Positions 1 to 9,556 of a DNA stretch of 64,000 nucleotides are shown here, piece after piece (position 1 is the stretch's first letter; each line of letters begins with the position of its first letter). Origin of the DNA: Clostridia bacterium (GTDB lineage: Bacteria; Bacillota; Clostridia; JAAYHZ01); NCBI GenBank assembly GCA_050950825.1, contig JBMNIH010000009.1, forward strand, positions 201,330-265,329, written 5' to 3'. The position numbers and the translations under genes were made by a program. The notes under the pieces were generated by a model. The model was not told where the DNA came from. It saw only the letters and a list, made by a program, of their open reading frames with translations, and made no database searches.

Positions 1-1
1 G

Positions 2-184
2 CGTCAGCACGGTTTGCCCGAGTTGAAAATTGCCAATTTGTATACCGATATGAACATATTAAAAGAAGCCCAAGAATGCTCGGAAAGAATATACCGATAC
101 GGATATTTGGAAAAAGAAGAATACTCTCGCTTAAAAGATAGGGTTTATCATTTCTACAATTTGAATTTCGGAGGATTGTTATGA
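2..184 (+). CDS. recG: RecG helicase, C-terminal end (gene starts before the window)
   Basis: Frame 2 reads RQHGLPELKIANLYTDMNILKEAQ...GGLL*. RQHGLPELKIANL is the typical RecG C-terminal motif. The stop overlaps the next ATG (ATGA). Confidence 0.8.
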   Translation, partial: RQHGLPELKIANLYTDMNILKEAQECSERIYRYGYLEKEEYSRLKDRVYHFYNLNFGGLL

Positions 185-1020
185 TAAAAGAATTTCTGTT
201 TAAAACCGGTGCCGTAATGGTAAGCAACCACACGGAGCCTTTTTGGTATGCATCCGGAACCTTCGGACCCTTTTTTATTAATACACATTACTTGTTCGGT
301 TCGGAAACCGAAGCGAAAGCTTTTTTAAATATTATCGACCGTTATGTTTCCGATAAAGATACCGCTCCTTCGCTCTTTTGTAAAATAGTTAAACAGCAAT
401 ACGAAAAAAGCCGAATATACAAGAAGGTCATCGACACGTTGATCCGATCCATATCGGATCGTCCTGAAATTGAGAAAATCGATTATATTTCCGGCGGTGA
501 AAGAAGAGATTGGTTCTTTTCCTATATAACGGCCATTCTTTTGGACAAGCCCCACATAACCCTGTTCAAGGATTTGAGCAGCAACGTTATTTACAAAGAT
601 ACCGTCACGGAAACTCCGGATTTGTCCGGCAAGAGAATTATTCATATCTGCGATTTGGTAACACTGGCTTCAAGCTATATCAAGTCTTGGATTCCGGCAT
701 TGGAAAAATACAACGGAAAACTTCAAGAAACCTTTACGATCGTGGACCGATGCCAAGGAGGAAAAGACATTCTTGCACAACAGGGAATACGATTGCATTC
801 TTTGGCGGACATCGATGAAAATCTTTTTATCGAAGCAAAAAACCAATTCATCATCAACGCGGAACAGCTGGATATGGTTTTGTCTTTTATAAAGGATCCC
901 GATCAATTCATGCAGGATTTTATTCGCCGAAACCCCGAGTTTTTGTCCCGATCCGTTGAAAAAGGGGGAAAGGATAAGGAACGGGCGGAAGCGTTTATGA
1001 AACAATTTTACAAAAGATAG
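181..1020 (+). CDS. Orotate phosphoribosyltransferase-like type I PRTase
   Basis: PFWYASG..GPFFIN N-terminus, degenerate PRPP loop HICDLVTLASS, and TIVDRCQGG..L...GIRLHSL as in PyrE-like proteins. Confidence 0.65.
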   Translation: MIKEFLFKTGAVMVSNHTEPFWYASGTFGPFFINTHYLFGSETEAKAFLNIIDRYVSDKDTAPSLFCKIVKQQYEKSRIYKKVIDTLIRSISDRPEIEKIDYISGGERRDWFFSYITAILLDKPHITLFKDLSSNVIYKDTVTETPDLSGKRIIHICDLVTLASSYIKSWIPALEKYNGKLQETFTIVDRCQGGKDILAQQGIRLHSLADIDENLFIEAKNQFIINAEQLDMVLSFIKDPDQFMQDFIRRNPEFLSRSVEKGGKDKERAEAFMKQFYKR

Positions 1021-1067
1021 TGATTTGTCGGCTTTGGGCTGCAGATCACGGAAAGAGAGTTTTGATC

Positions 1068-1733
1068 ATGCACCAAGGACACAGAGAACGAGTCAGAGAA
1101 CGTTTTTTAAAAGAAGGGTTGGATTCTTTTCAACCCCATGAAGTTTTGGAATTTTTATTGTTTTATTGCATTCCCCGTAGGGATACCAATGAAATTGCTC
1201 ATCGATTGATAAATGAATTCGGTTGCCTATCCAACGTATTGGAAGCTCCCGTAGAAAAACTGGCGGAAGTAAAGGGAATATCAAAAAATACGGCGGTTCT
1301 TTTATCGATGCTGCCGCATCTTTCACGTTATTATCTAAAAGATCGATGGGGACAAAGACCGGTTTTAAACAGCTCCCGAAAAGCCGGACAGTATGCGGCG
1401 GCGCTTTTAACCGGCAAAAGCTACGAGGAGTTTCTCGTGATATGTTTGGATTCCCAAAACAAGGTCATTCAAGTGGAAAATATACATAAAGGTACGGTTA
1501 ATGAGGCGGTGGTTTATCCTCGTCTGGTTTTGGAAACGGCATTGAAGTACAAGGCCAACAGCGTCATATTCGCTCATAATCATCCCGGCGGCAGCTTAAA
1601 ACCGTCCTCCGCCGATATCGAATTGACGGCAAAACTGAAGCATTTGCTCAACGGGATCTCCATTCGTGTAAACGACCACATTATTGCAGCCGGTACCGAA
1701 TTTTTCAGCTTTGCGGAAAACGGAATGATTTAA
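1068..1733 (+). CDS. radC: RadC (JAB domain) protein
   Basis: MHQGHRERVRERF start, HhH (VKGISKNTA), AHNHPGG...PSSAD...DHII JAB motif. Start moved to ATG 1068. Confidence 0.92.
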   Translation: MHQGHRERVRERFLKEGLDSFQPHEVLEFLLFYCIPRRDTNEIAHRLINEFGCLSNVLEAPVEKLAEVKGISKNTAVLLSMLPHLSRYYLKDRWGQRPVLNSSRKAGQYAAALLTGKSYEEFLVICLDSQNKVIQVENIHKGTVNEAVVYPRLVLETALKYKANSVIFAHNHPGGSLKPSSADIELTAKLKHLLNGISIRVNDHIIAAGTEFFSFAENGMI

Positions 1734-1766
1734 CCTGAATGTAACCTGAAAGGAACGTGGCTTCTG

Positions 1767-1794
1767 TTGAGTTCTTTTTTTTCTATGCTATAAT
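1767..1794 (+). promoter_or_regulatory. Sigma-A promoter just left of the IS110 insertion
   Basis: TTGAGT (1767-1772), 16 nt spacer, TATAAT (1789-1794) with extended TG at 1786-1787. Confidence 0.55.
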
Positions 1795-1957
1795 CAAAGC
1801 ATAGTCCAAACGGACGAATGGCCTAGTTGCTACTTTAAGGAGCATTCCTGTAGTGAAATAAAATGAACTTTGAAAAAGAAGATGCCGTACTGTAGAATTT
1901 GAAATGTGAGTTGCACAACATGTAACCACAAATCAAAATCAACAGGAGGCATCTACA

Positions 1958-3241
1958 ATGAAGTATACCCAAAATGAAAGAATAATGCAAATAACAGAAA
2001 AAACATTGATTGTTGGAATTGATGTTGGAAGCGAAACACATTACGCCCGAGCATTCAATTTCAGAGGATTGGAATACGGAAAGCTATTGAAATTCAATAA
2101 TGACGCGGAAGGGTTTTCAAGGTTTGAAGATTGGGTCAGGAAACTAGTCAATAACAATGGATTCAAGGATGTGACGATAGGTATGGAGCCCACCGGGCAC
2201 TATTGGTTCAACCTTGGAGAATATATCGAAAGACAAAGCGGTATGAGGATCGCGTTGGTTAATCCTCACCATGTAAAGAAAAGCAAGGAATTGGATGACA
2301 ATAACCCGAGTAAAACCGACCGAAAAGATCCGAAAACCATCGCCATGCTGATTAAAGACGGCAGATATATAGAACCCTATCTACCGGAAGGGGTATACAA
2401 GGAATTGCGAACGGCTATGGACAGCCGTTGGCGAATTATGAAGGAGCTTTCCGCAATCAAGAATAGGATTAGCCGATGGCTTTGCATATACTTTCCCGAA
2501 TTGACGAAGGTGTTTAAGGATTGGGAAGGGAAAGCGGCGATCCTCGTATTGAAAGAGTACGCGACACCGACGAAGATAAAAGAGAAGGGTATTGACGGAA
2601 TCATAGCCGTTTGGAAGGAACACAAGATACGAGCAGTCGGAAGAAACAGGGCAAAGATGCTGTTGGAGGCAGCCGTCTCGTCCGTAGGAACGACGGAAGG
2701 GCTAATTTCCGCCGAGTATGAGTTGGAAATGCTGCTTGAAGATTATGAAAGCAAAAAACGCCAATATGATAAAACAATGGAGTTAGTCGAAAGATTGACG
2801 AAAGAAATACCGGGGTTTGAGAAATTGCTTGAAATCAAGGGAATAGGACTTGTTACGGCGGCAGGATTCATAGCGGAAATAGGTGACATAAAGCGTTTTT
2901 CGCATCCGAAACAGATACAAAAGTTGGCAGGACTAAGTCTGAAAGAGAACAGCTCCGGGAAACATAAAGGCAAGACCACCATATGCAAGCGAGGGAGAAA
3001 ACGACTGCGATATTATCTGACATTTGGGATGATGCCGTTGTTATCCAAGAATGAGGAATTTAGAGCTCTGCACGAGTATTACACAAGCCGGAAGGAAAAT
3101 CCGCTGAAGAAGATGCAATCTTTGGTTGCATTGAGTAACAAACTGATTCGGATTTTTTATGCGATACTGACGAAAAACGTAGCGTACGATCCGCAAAAGA
3201 TGATGAGCGATATAAGAAGACCTGAAACCAAAGCTGCATAA
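1958..3241 (+). CDS. IS110-family DEDD transposase/recombinase
   Basis: VGIDVG, GMEPTGHYW, KTDRKD, IKGIG..TAA, SSGK, KRGRKRLR motifs. RBS AGGAGG. Internal promoter TTGAAA-17-TAGAAT at 1870-1898. Confidence 0.95.
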   Translation: MKYTQNERIMQITEKTLIVGIDVGSETHYARAFNFRGLEYGKLLKFNNDAEGFSRFEDWVRKLVNNNGFKDVTIGMEPTGHYWFNLGEYIERQSGMRIALVNPHHVKKSKELDDNNPSKTDRKDPKTIAMLIKDGRYIEPYLPEGVYKELRTAMDSRWRIMKELSAIKNRISRWLCIYFPELTKVFKDWEGKAAILVLKEYATPTKIKEKGIDGIIAVWKEHKIRAVGRNRAKMLLEAAVSSVGTTEGLISAEYELEMLLEDYESKKRQYDKTMELVERLTKEIPGFEKLLEIKGIGLVTAAGFIAEIGDIKRFSHPKQIQKLAGLSLKENSSGKHKGKTTICKRGRKRLRYYLTFGMMPLLSKNEEFRALHEYYTSRKENPLKKMQSLVALSNKLIRIFYAILTKNVAYDPQKMMSDIRRPETKAA

Positions 3242-3426
3242 CTTACACCGCTTATGGAAGGATACATTGCTCTCGTAAGACGGTCAAGGGCAAGACTGCG
3301 TTCGGCTTGCGCCGACCCTTGACAGTCTTCCTCGAGCAATGACGGAAGTAACTAAGCGGTGCAAGGGGACAGAGTAAAACTCAAGTTTTCACTATTCATT
3401 CATTATAGATTGAACATTGACAAGAA

Positions 3427-3590
3427 GAGCCGGATAGTCGGGATGAATTTTCACCATAAGGGCAATGACCCCGTGAAGGAGCTTGACTGACATCCACCTC
3501 CATGGGCAGGCAGAACGAAGGAATTAAGGGCTATGACCCCGTTAGACATGGGAGGGTTGCCACCGGAGAATGTGTGGATACTAATGGCCG
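3427..3590 (+). ncRNA. Candidate bridge/seek RNA in the IS110 right end
   Basis: Two near-identical 18-nt modules (3457-3474 TAAGGGCAATGACCCCGT; 3525-3542 TAAGGGCTATGACCCCGT), each inside a closing stem (AGTCGGG/CTTGACT; CCTCCATG/CATGGGAGG). Boundaries approximate. Confidence 0.65.
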
Positions 3591-3801
3591 TAAAACAGCA
3601 AAACGACGCAGGTTTAATTAGTATGCACTATGGAATCCATAATTATGCAACAATGTATTGTCTGTCCATGTGGCTCATCTTGAAAAATGAGAAAATCTAA
3701 GAATGAGTGAGATATTCAAAGAAAATCAAAGTATTATTAGGGAGGTGAAGAGGGTTCTTTTACGCATGTTTCATTTGCGTTTCGTTTGAGCCCTCGGATT
3801 T

Positions 3802-5103
3802 ATGAAAATTGGAATAGCTGAAGGGAATATTAGAACGCCAATCGGGATGCAAATGACCGGATATGCCGGGAGAGTATTCGGAGCCATGGATATCCATGAT
3901 CAATTAAAGATGAGCGCCTTGTACATCGAATCGGAAGGTGTCGAATCCATGATTATCGTTTGTCAAGTGTTAGGCTTCGACCCTGATTTTTCTCGTGTTA
4001 CCGAAGCAAAGATCTGTCAAGCCATAAATATACCGGAGACCAATCTGATCTTAGGTGCCATACATACCCACGGCGGTCCGGCATCGGGAACCTTGTACGG
4101 ATGCGGTTGTGCGGATCCGGTATGGTTGGAGCAAACGCAGCAGGACTTGATTGATCTTGCGAAAAAAGCGGTGGCAAACTCCTTTGACGGCTACTTTGAA
4201 TATGCGTCCGGCACATGTGAAATTGCATTGAATCGCGTTGCCATGAGCAAATATCCGAATTACATGGATATGATCGACAAGGAAACGGCCGTTGTGAAGT
4301 TTTATGAAACCGCTACCGGACAATTGAAAGCCGTTTTCTTAAACTACGGATGCCATCCGGTTGTTTTAAACCACAAAAACCATTTATACACCGCCGATTA
4401 TGTATATTACGCCATTAAAAAACTGCAGGAAGCATACGGAGAAGACGTAGCCGTTATATTTTCCACCGGATGCTGCGGAGATTTAAATCCCCGTTATCGC
4501 TTTACCTTTGAAATGGCAGAGAAAACGGGTAACCTGTTAGCCGATTCGGTTGTCTCCGCAAAAAAGATATTTACAAACCGCCAAGCCCAAATCAAATGCC
4601 ATGCCAAGCAATTGGTCATACCCTTGGTGATTGACTACACTTACGATGATTTGGCGGAATTTAAGAAAAAAGCGCTTGCCGAGGTCGAAAGACTTACCGA
4701 GCAAAACTACAACGAAAACTTCATTATGATTCAAGTGGAAGCCGTTAAAGCATTATGGGCGGAATTATGTATGAAAGGTTTTGAATCCGGAGATTTGAAA
4801 ACAACGATTTATCCCATGATCAAGGTTCTGCAGATCGGAGATTTGAGCTTTATAGCGCTGCCTTTTGAAGTCTTTCATGAATTGGGGTTGAAAATAAAGG
4901 GGTTGTTTAATCGAGCCGGCCGTTCCATTGTCATGGGATATTCCAACGGTGTATACGGTTATTTGCCATACGGTGAGCTCTATGAAAAAGCAAGCTACGA
5001 AGCGAAAACCGCATTCCGTTATTACGGTTATCCCGGTCCCGTATGCAAAGAAGCCGGAGATATTATTTACAAGTATTTAGAGGAAATAGTGGATACCAAC
5101 TAA
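3802..5103 (+). CDS. Neutral/alkaline ceramidase N-terminal-domain-like metallohydrolase
   Basis: MTGYAGR..DIHDQL, AIHTHGGP, NYGCHPVV, TADY, GCCGDLNP, LPFEVF, GYSNG..GYLP motifs. Confidence 0.75.
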   Translation: MKIGIAEGNIRTPIGMQMTGYAGRVFGAMDIHDQLKMSALYIESEGVESMIIVCQVLGFDPDFSRVTEAKICQAINIPETNLILGAIHTHGGPASGTLYGCGCADPVWLEQTQQDLIDLAKKAVANSFDGYFEYASGTCEIALNRVAMSKYPNYMDMIDKETAVVKFYETATGQLKAVFLNYGCHPVVLNHKNHLYTADYVYYAIKKLQEAYGEDVAVIFSTGCCGDLNPRYRFTFEMAEKTGNLLADSVVSAKKIFTNRQAQIKCHAKQLVIPLVIDYTYDDLAEFKKKALAEVERLTEQNYNENFIMIQVEAVKALWAELCMKGFESGDLKTTIYPMIKVLQIGDLSFIALPFEVFHELGLKIKGLFNRAGRSIVMGYSNGVYGYLPYGELYEKASYEAKTAFRYYGYPGPVCKEAGDIIYKYLEEIVDTN

Positions 5104-5144
5104 AAAAATGTAACTAAAATCGACAAAATACAACCGAAACATCA

Positions 5145-5203
5145 AAAGCGGGTCTTTTCAATATTCTGCCGTGATACAATGGCGTCATGAAAAGACCCGC
5201 TTT
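5145..5203 (+). promoter_or_regulatory. 16-bp perfect inverted repeat enclosing an extended -10 promoter and overlapping the comEC start
   Basis: AAAGCGGGTCTTTTCA (5145-5160) / TGAAAAGACCCGCTTT (5188-5203). The loop holds TGATACAAT (5172-5180), 6 nt before ATG 5187. No SD sequence. Confidence 0.7.
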
Positions 5204-7478
5204 GTTTCTATTGATCGGATACATATCCGGCATACTGATATACGTCAATAGGAAATCCTTTGCCGTTTATTTAATACTCTTTTTGTTTTGGCTTATCGTT
5301 ATTTTCGATACGAAGCCTGAAAAAAGAATCCGCGTTTTAATCTTCATGGTTATTCCGTTGGTGATAGGCTTCATATACTCCGCTTATACCTTCCGGAGGC
5401 TTTATCCCGACAATTTAAATCAATATGACGGCAGGTATACGGAAGGATACGCCGTCGTAAAAAATATCAAAGAAAAAAGCGAAACGAATTTGATTATTGC
5501 AAAGGTTAAAAGCATGGAAGAAGCAACCATGAATGTGACCGTCACCATGGAGGTTCCGAAAGATGAGGATGTTTTACCGGGCGATCTTATTCGGTTTTAC
5601 GGAACGCTTTCCATCCCTACAGGACAAAGAAATCCGGGTAACTTCAATTCCCTTCACTATATGGCAAGCAAAAAGCACGGTGCAAAAATCAACGGCGGGG
5701 GATTGATTGTCATGCAAAAAAGCTTTAAAAAAAGACCGATTATAAAAGGGGCGATTGCCGTCCGAAGAATGATTCTTACACGTATAGAAAAAATATATCC
5801 CGAAAAACATGCCGCTTTATTGTCCGGTATGACCATCGGATATACGGAGAATATGGATGATAACACCAAAGAAGCATTTTCTTTGTCCGGGATATCCCAT
5901 ATTATTGCAGTGTCGGGAGCACATGTAGCCTTTATTGCGATTCCTTTTCTTTTCGTTTTTAAAAGATTGGGCTTGAATATTTTTGTTTCGAACCTTTTAT
6001 TTCTTCCGATTTTGTTTTTCTATGCTTTTGTCACCGGGTTGGAAGCATCCGTCGTAAGAGCGGTTGTGATGGCCGGAATCGGCTTTTTAGGAACACCTCT
6101 TTTGCGAAAACCCGATATTTTAAACACCTTGTGCGTAAGCTGCATTCTTTTACTTTTGTACGACCCCTTTATGCTATTAGGCGTAGGCTTTATGCTTTCT
6201 TACGGCGCTACTTTAGGAATCGTTTTGATTTTACCGAAACTACGTGTTTTAAAACTATTTGTCAAGCTGCAGGGCGGCACTACCGATATTTTTCTAAGCT
6301 CCTTTGCCGCCACCGCAGCCATTCTTCCTATCACCGTCAAATATTTCTACATGTTCACCCCTTATTCTTTAATCGCCAACATGCTTATCATTCCTTTTAC
6401 CGCCATTATAACCGTATGCGGGTTGCTGTCCGTGTTTCTTCCTTTGTTTTTAGGAAATATCATCGCTTATCCCGTTACGGCTATGTTGGAATTTATTATG
6501 AGAATAACCCGAGGGATATCGGAGCTCCCCGGGGCTAAGCTGCTTATGAACATTCCTTCGGATTACCAAATAGCCGTTTACTATATGATCCTTTACTATC
6601 TTTTGACGAAAAAGGAGCGCAAGCAAAAAATCAAACCTAAAAGAATAATTCTTGTTGCCGTTGTCATTCTGTCCGTTGTTCATGTTTCTCTTTTTTACTT
6701 CGATCGAACGCAGGTAACCTTTATCGACGTCGGACAAGGAGACGCAATTTATATTAAAACGGCAAGCAACAAAGTGTTCTTGGTTGACGGGGGAGGCAGT
6801 GCAACTTATGATGTAGGTCAAAACATTGTGATTCCTTTTTTACTTTCCCGGCATGCGAAAAAAATCGACGGGTTGTTTTCAACTCATAATGACATTGACC
6901 ATATCGGCGGATTGGTTGAAGTTGCACGTCATCTCACGGTGAAAAACGCCTATTTGCCTTACTATTACCGGCAATCCGAAAGCGAAAGCGTTCAATCCGT
7001 TATACAAAACAGTTTGAATGTTACCTATTTATATGCCGGTCAAATCGTCCGGATCGATAAAGACACATCCATAAAGGTTCTATGGCCGCCGGTTACGGTG
7101 AATCCTTCCGATTCAAGCAACCATTTGTCGTTGGTTCTTTTGTTTCAATACAAGAAGTTTAAGGTTTTGTTAACCGGAGATTTGGATGAAGAAGGAATAA
7201 GAAGGATGTTGTCCGATTATTCGAAGCCCTATTGTACGGCTTTAAAAATACCTCACCACGGCGGTAATAATTTGGAAATGGAAACTCTTATCAAACATTC
7301 CGCTCCGGATTTGGCCGTCATTTCGGTAGGAAAAAACAATCGATACGGTCATCCCGCTCCAAGCGTTCTTGATGTATTGGATCGGTACGGTATACCGGTT
7401 TTGAGAACGGACCAAAGCGGCGCTATTACCATTGTCACAAACGGAGCTTCTTATTCAATTAGAAAATATTTGAATTGA
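5187..7478 (+). CDS. comEC: DNA uptake channel ComEC/Rec2
   Basis: RNPGNF, SHIIAVSGAHV, SVVRA, GFMLSY competence domain plus C-terminal MBL domain (DVGQGD, THNDIDHIGG, PHHG, NRYGHP). Confidence 0.95.
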   Translation: MKRPALFLLIGYISGILIYVNRKSFAVYLILFLFWLIVIFDTKPEKRIRVLIFMVIPLVIGFIYSAYTFRRLYPDNLNQYDGRYTEGYAVVKNIKEKSETNLIIAKVKSMEEATMNVTVTMEVPKDEDVLPGDLIRFYGTLSIPTGQRNPGNFNSLHYMASKKHGAKINGGGLIVMQKSFKKRPIIKGAIAVRRMILTRIEKIYPEKHAALLSGMTIGYTENMDDNTKEAFSLSGISHIIAVSGAHVAFIAIPFLFVFKRLGLNIFVSNLLFLPILFFYAFVTGLEASVVRAVVMAGIGFLGTPLLRKPDILNTLCVSCILLLLYDPFMLLGVGFMLSYGATLGIVLILPKLRVLKLFVKLQGGTTDIFLSSFAATAAILPITVKYFYMFTPYSLIANMLIIPFTAIITVCGLLSVFLPLFLGNIIAYPVTAMLEFIMRITRGISELPGAKLLMNIPSDYQIAVYYMILYYLLTKKERKQKIKPKRIILVAVVILSVVHVSLFYFDRTQVTFIDVGQGDAIYIKTASNKVFLVDGGGSATYDVGQNIVIPFLLSRHAKKIDGLFSTHNDIDHIGGLVEVARHLTVKNAYLPYYYRQSESESVQSVIQNSLNVTYLYAGQIVRIDKDTSIKVLWPPVTVNPSDSSNHLSLVLLFQYKKFKVLLTGDLDEEGIRRMLSDYSKPYCTALKIPHHGGNNLEMETLIKHSAPDLAVISVGKNNRYGHPAPSVLDVLDRYGIPVLRTDQSGAITIVTNGASYSIRKYLN

Positions 7479-7545
7479 CCAAATAACTTTAATTATAAGC
7501 CCATATGATATACTTTTAGTAAAGAGAATATATTAAAAGAAAGTA

Positions 7546-9049
7546 TTGTTAGACGGGCCGATTTTGCACAAATGTTATTGCCCTGCATGCAGCAAAGAAT
7601 TCAAGGCCGTATACGGAAAACCGATAACCGAAACTTCCTATGGCGAGCATTTAAGTTCCAATGTTGACGGGATAACGGATTTTATGAAAGAAATTTACGG
7701 TATTGTAAAGTCCGTAAACCCCGAACTCATGCTGTACATTAACAACTCGGCACTTCGGGCGGATGTTACCGGCAGCAATACGCGAAAAGTGGAGCCCTAT
7801 GTGGATACAGTGATTTTTATTGCGGGTGACTACAAACCCCGGTCCTTCTATATGCATACCTACCATGAAACGAAGCTGTATTATGCCCAATCGTTGGCTA
7901 ACGGAGCAAATGTATGGTATGGAATACAAGGTCCCTTTGACCAAATGAATACCGAGGGCGGAAAAGCGGCAATCGAAATGAATGCATTCATCAACAAGCA
8001 CAAGGATATCTTTGCAGGCTCTAAAGAACAATCATGAGTTGCGCTCATGTGGCCGCAGGACAGTGCGAATTATTACTCGTCCGGTGTCATCAAAACCGAT
8101 TTTACCGAAGCCGGTCAAATAGGAACGAAAAAAGCGGTATGCAGCAACCATTACAAAGCGTTTATGGGCTACTACGAGGTTTTACAGCGCAGCCATATCC
8201 GGCACAGCATTATCGATGAGGACAGTATATTAAACGATGATCTTTCAAAATATGATTTGCTGATTTTGCCTGTCTGTGCTTGCATGAGAGATGAGGTAGC
8301 GAATAAAATTCGCGACTTTGTTGCAAAGGGCGGTAATTTGATATCCGAATTCGATACGGGATATTACAACGAATACGGAACAAAATCCGACGCTTTAAAG
8401 CTTGCGGTCATTCAAGGCATTGAAAAAGTCAACGGGTTTGTCGAGTACACGAACGGTATCGGAACAGGTTATCAACGGGTAACCGATGAATGTGCCGTAA
8501 CCGAAGGATTAAGCCGGAAGTATACGCCGGCACCGGTTCTTGCCGGATGTTATGCCGAACAAAAATGCTGCGGTTCATGCCGAATACTGCATCCCGATGG
8601 CAAGTCGCTATACGGAGATTCCGAAAGATTCTTATCCTTCGGTAATAAGTAACAAATACGGTAAAGGCGGAAGTATATACTTTTCGGTGCTCTCGGAGAG
8701 TTTTATAACGGAATGACAAATCCCGATCATAAGCAAATGATTAAAAATGCGGTATGTGATTTGGCGGATCCTTTGGTTTCGACTAATGCACCGGGGAGCG
8801 TTGAGGTTGTGCTTCGAAAACAAAACGACAGATTCCTTTTGCATATTATCAATATGACGGGAGAACCGGAGCGTCCGATTAAAAAGCTTACCCCCGTAAG
8901 AATATTCAATTTTCGCTAACACTTGATACGGATGTCACATCCGTGAAAACGGTTTCCGGTCAACATGTTGCTGACGTATCCAAAACCGAAAACGGTATAG
9001 AATTCATGTTACTGAGGTTTCGAATTATGAAATCATGCTCATTGACTGA
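7546..9049 (+). pseudogene. Degraded glycoside-hydrolase-like gene with beta-galactosidase trimerisation (GATase-like) domain
   Basis: Consecutive fragments in shifting frames: LDGP..CYCPAC; DLSKYDLLILP..CM..IRDFVAKGGNLI; FLLHIINMTG..RPI. 5' end missing and several frame breaks. Confidence 0.7.
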
Positions 9050-9160
9050 CATGACGGTTTTCTTCTTAATTTATGGATATCGACATTTGTGCAGGCATGA
9101 ATTTTGCGACGTTTCGCCCGGAAGCAAGCCCGGATACTGCTAAAAAATTCTGCAAAAGTG

Positions 9161-9189
9161 TTGCAATTTTAAAAAAGGCATGTTATACT
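9161..9189 (+). promoter_or_regulatory. Sigma-A promoter of rpsT
   Basis: TTGCAA-17-TATACT with extended TG. Confidence 0.7.
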
Positions 9190-9252
9190 GAACTGCGTGT
9201 CTACGATAGACTTAATTTTACATAGAATCCTTGTCAGTAGGAGGTGAATCAA

Positions 9253-9516
9253 TTGGCAAATATTAAATCATCTATTAAGAGCATTAAGAAAACCGAAGTT
9301 CAAACGTTAAGAAACCGGTCTATAAAATCAGCTATGAAAACCGCATGCAAGAAGGCGATTCAGGCCATTAATGATAAAACCGCTAACGCGGAAGAGTTAT
9401 ATAAGACGGCAATCATCGCTCTTGATAAAGCTGCGACCAAGAACGTTATTCATAAGAATGCTGCTGCTAGGAAAAAATCACAATTAACGAAAGCTTTCAA
9501 TTCAATGAATGCATGA
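9253..9516 (+). CDS. rpsT: 30S ribosomal protein S20
   Basis: MANIKSSIK...N...KSAMKT..K...DKAA.KNVIHKNAAARKKSQL. TTG start after RBS GGAGGTG. Confidence 0.97.
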   Translation: MANIKSSIKSIKKTEVQTLRNRSIKSAMKTACKKAIQAINDKTANAEELYKTAIIALDKAATKNVIHKNAAARKKSQLTKAFNSMNA

Positions 9517-9517
9517 T

Positions 9518-9543
9518 AAAAGACCGGGCAACCCCGGTTTTTA
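9518..9543. terminator. Bidirectional intrinsic terminator between rpsT and holA
   Basis: AAAAGACCGGG-CAAC-CCCGGTTTTT between convergent genes. Confidence 0.8.
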
Positions 9544-9556
9544 TTATTTTATACGG

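Larger units (their letters stand above)
1820..3745 (+). mobile_element. IS110-family insertion sequence (IS1111-like layout, long 3' non-coding end)
   Basis: DEDD transposase with ~140 bp left end and ~500 bp right end. GG dinucleotide at both inferred junctions (1820-1821, 3744-3745). Imperfect subterminal IR: CCTA..TACTTT left, AAAGTA..TAGG right. No longer TSD. Ends are inferred. Confidence 0.75.

Noticed and set aside
3427-3445. GAGCCGGATAG resembles the start of group II intron domain V
   Set aside because: No complementary DV 3' arm, no domain VI and no RT ORF. The context is an IS110 end.
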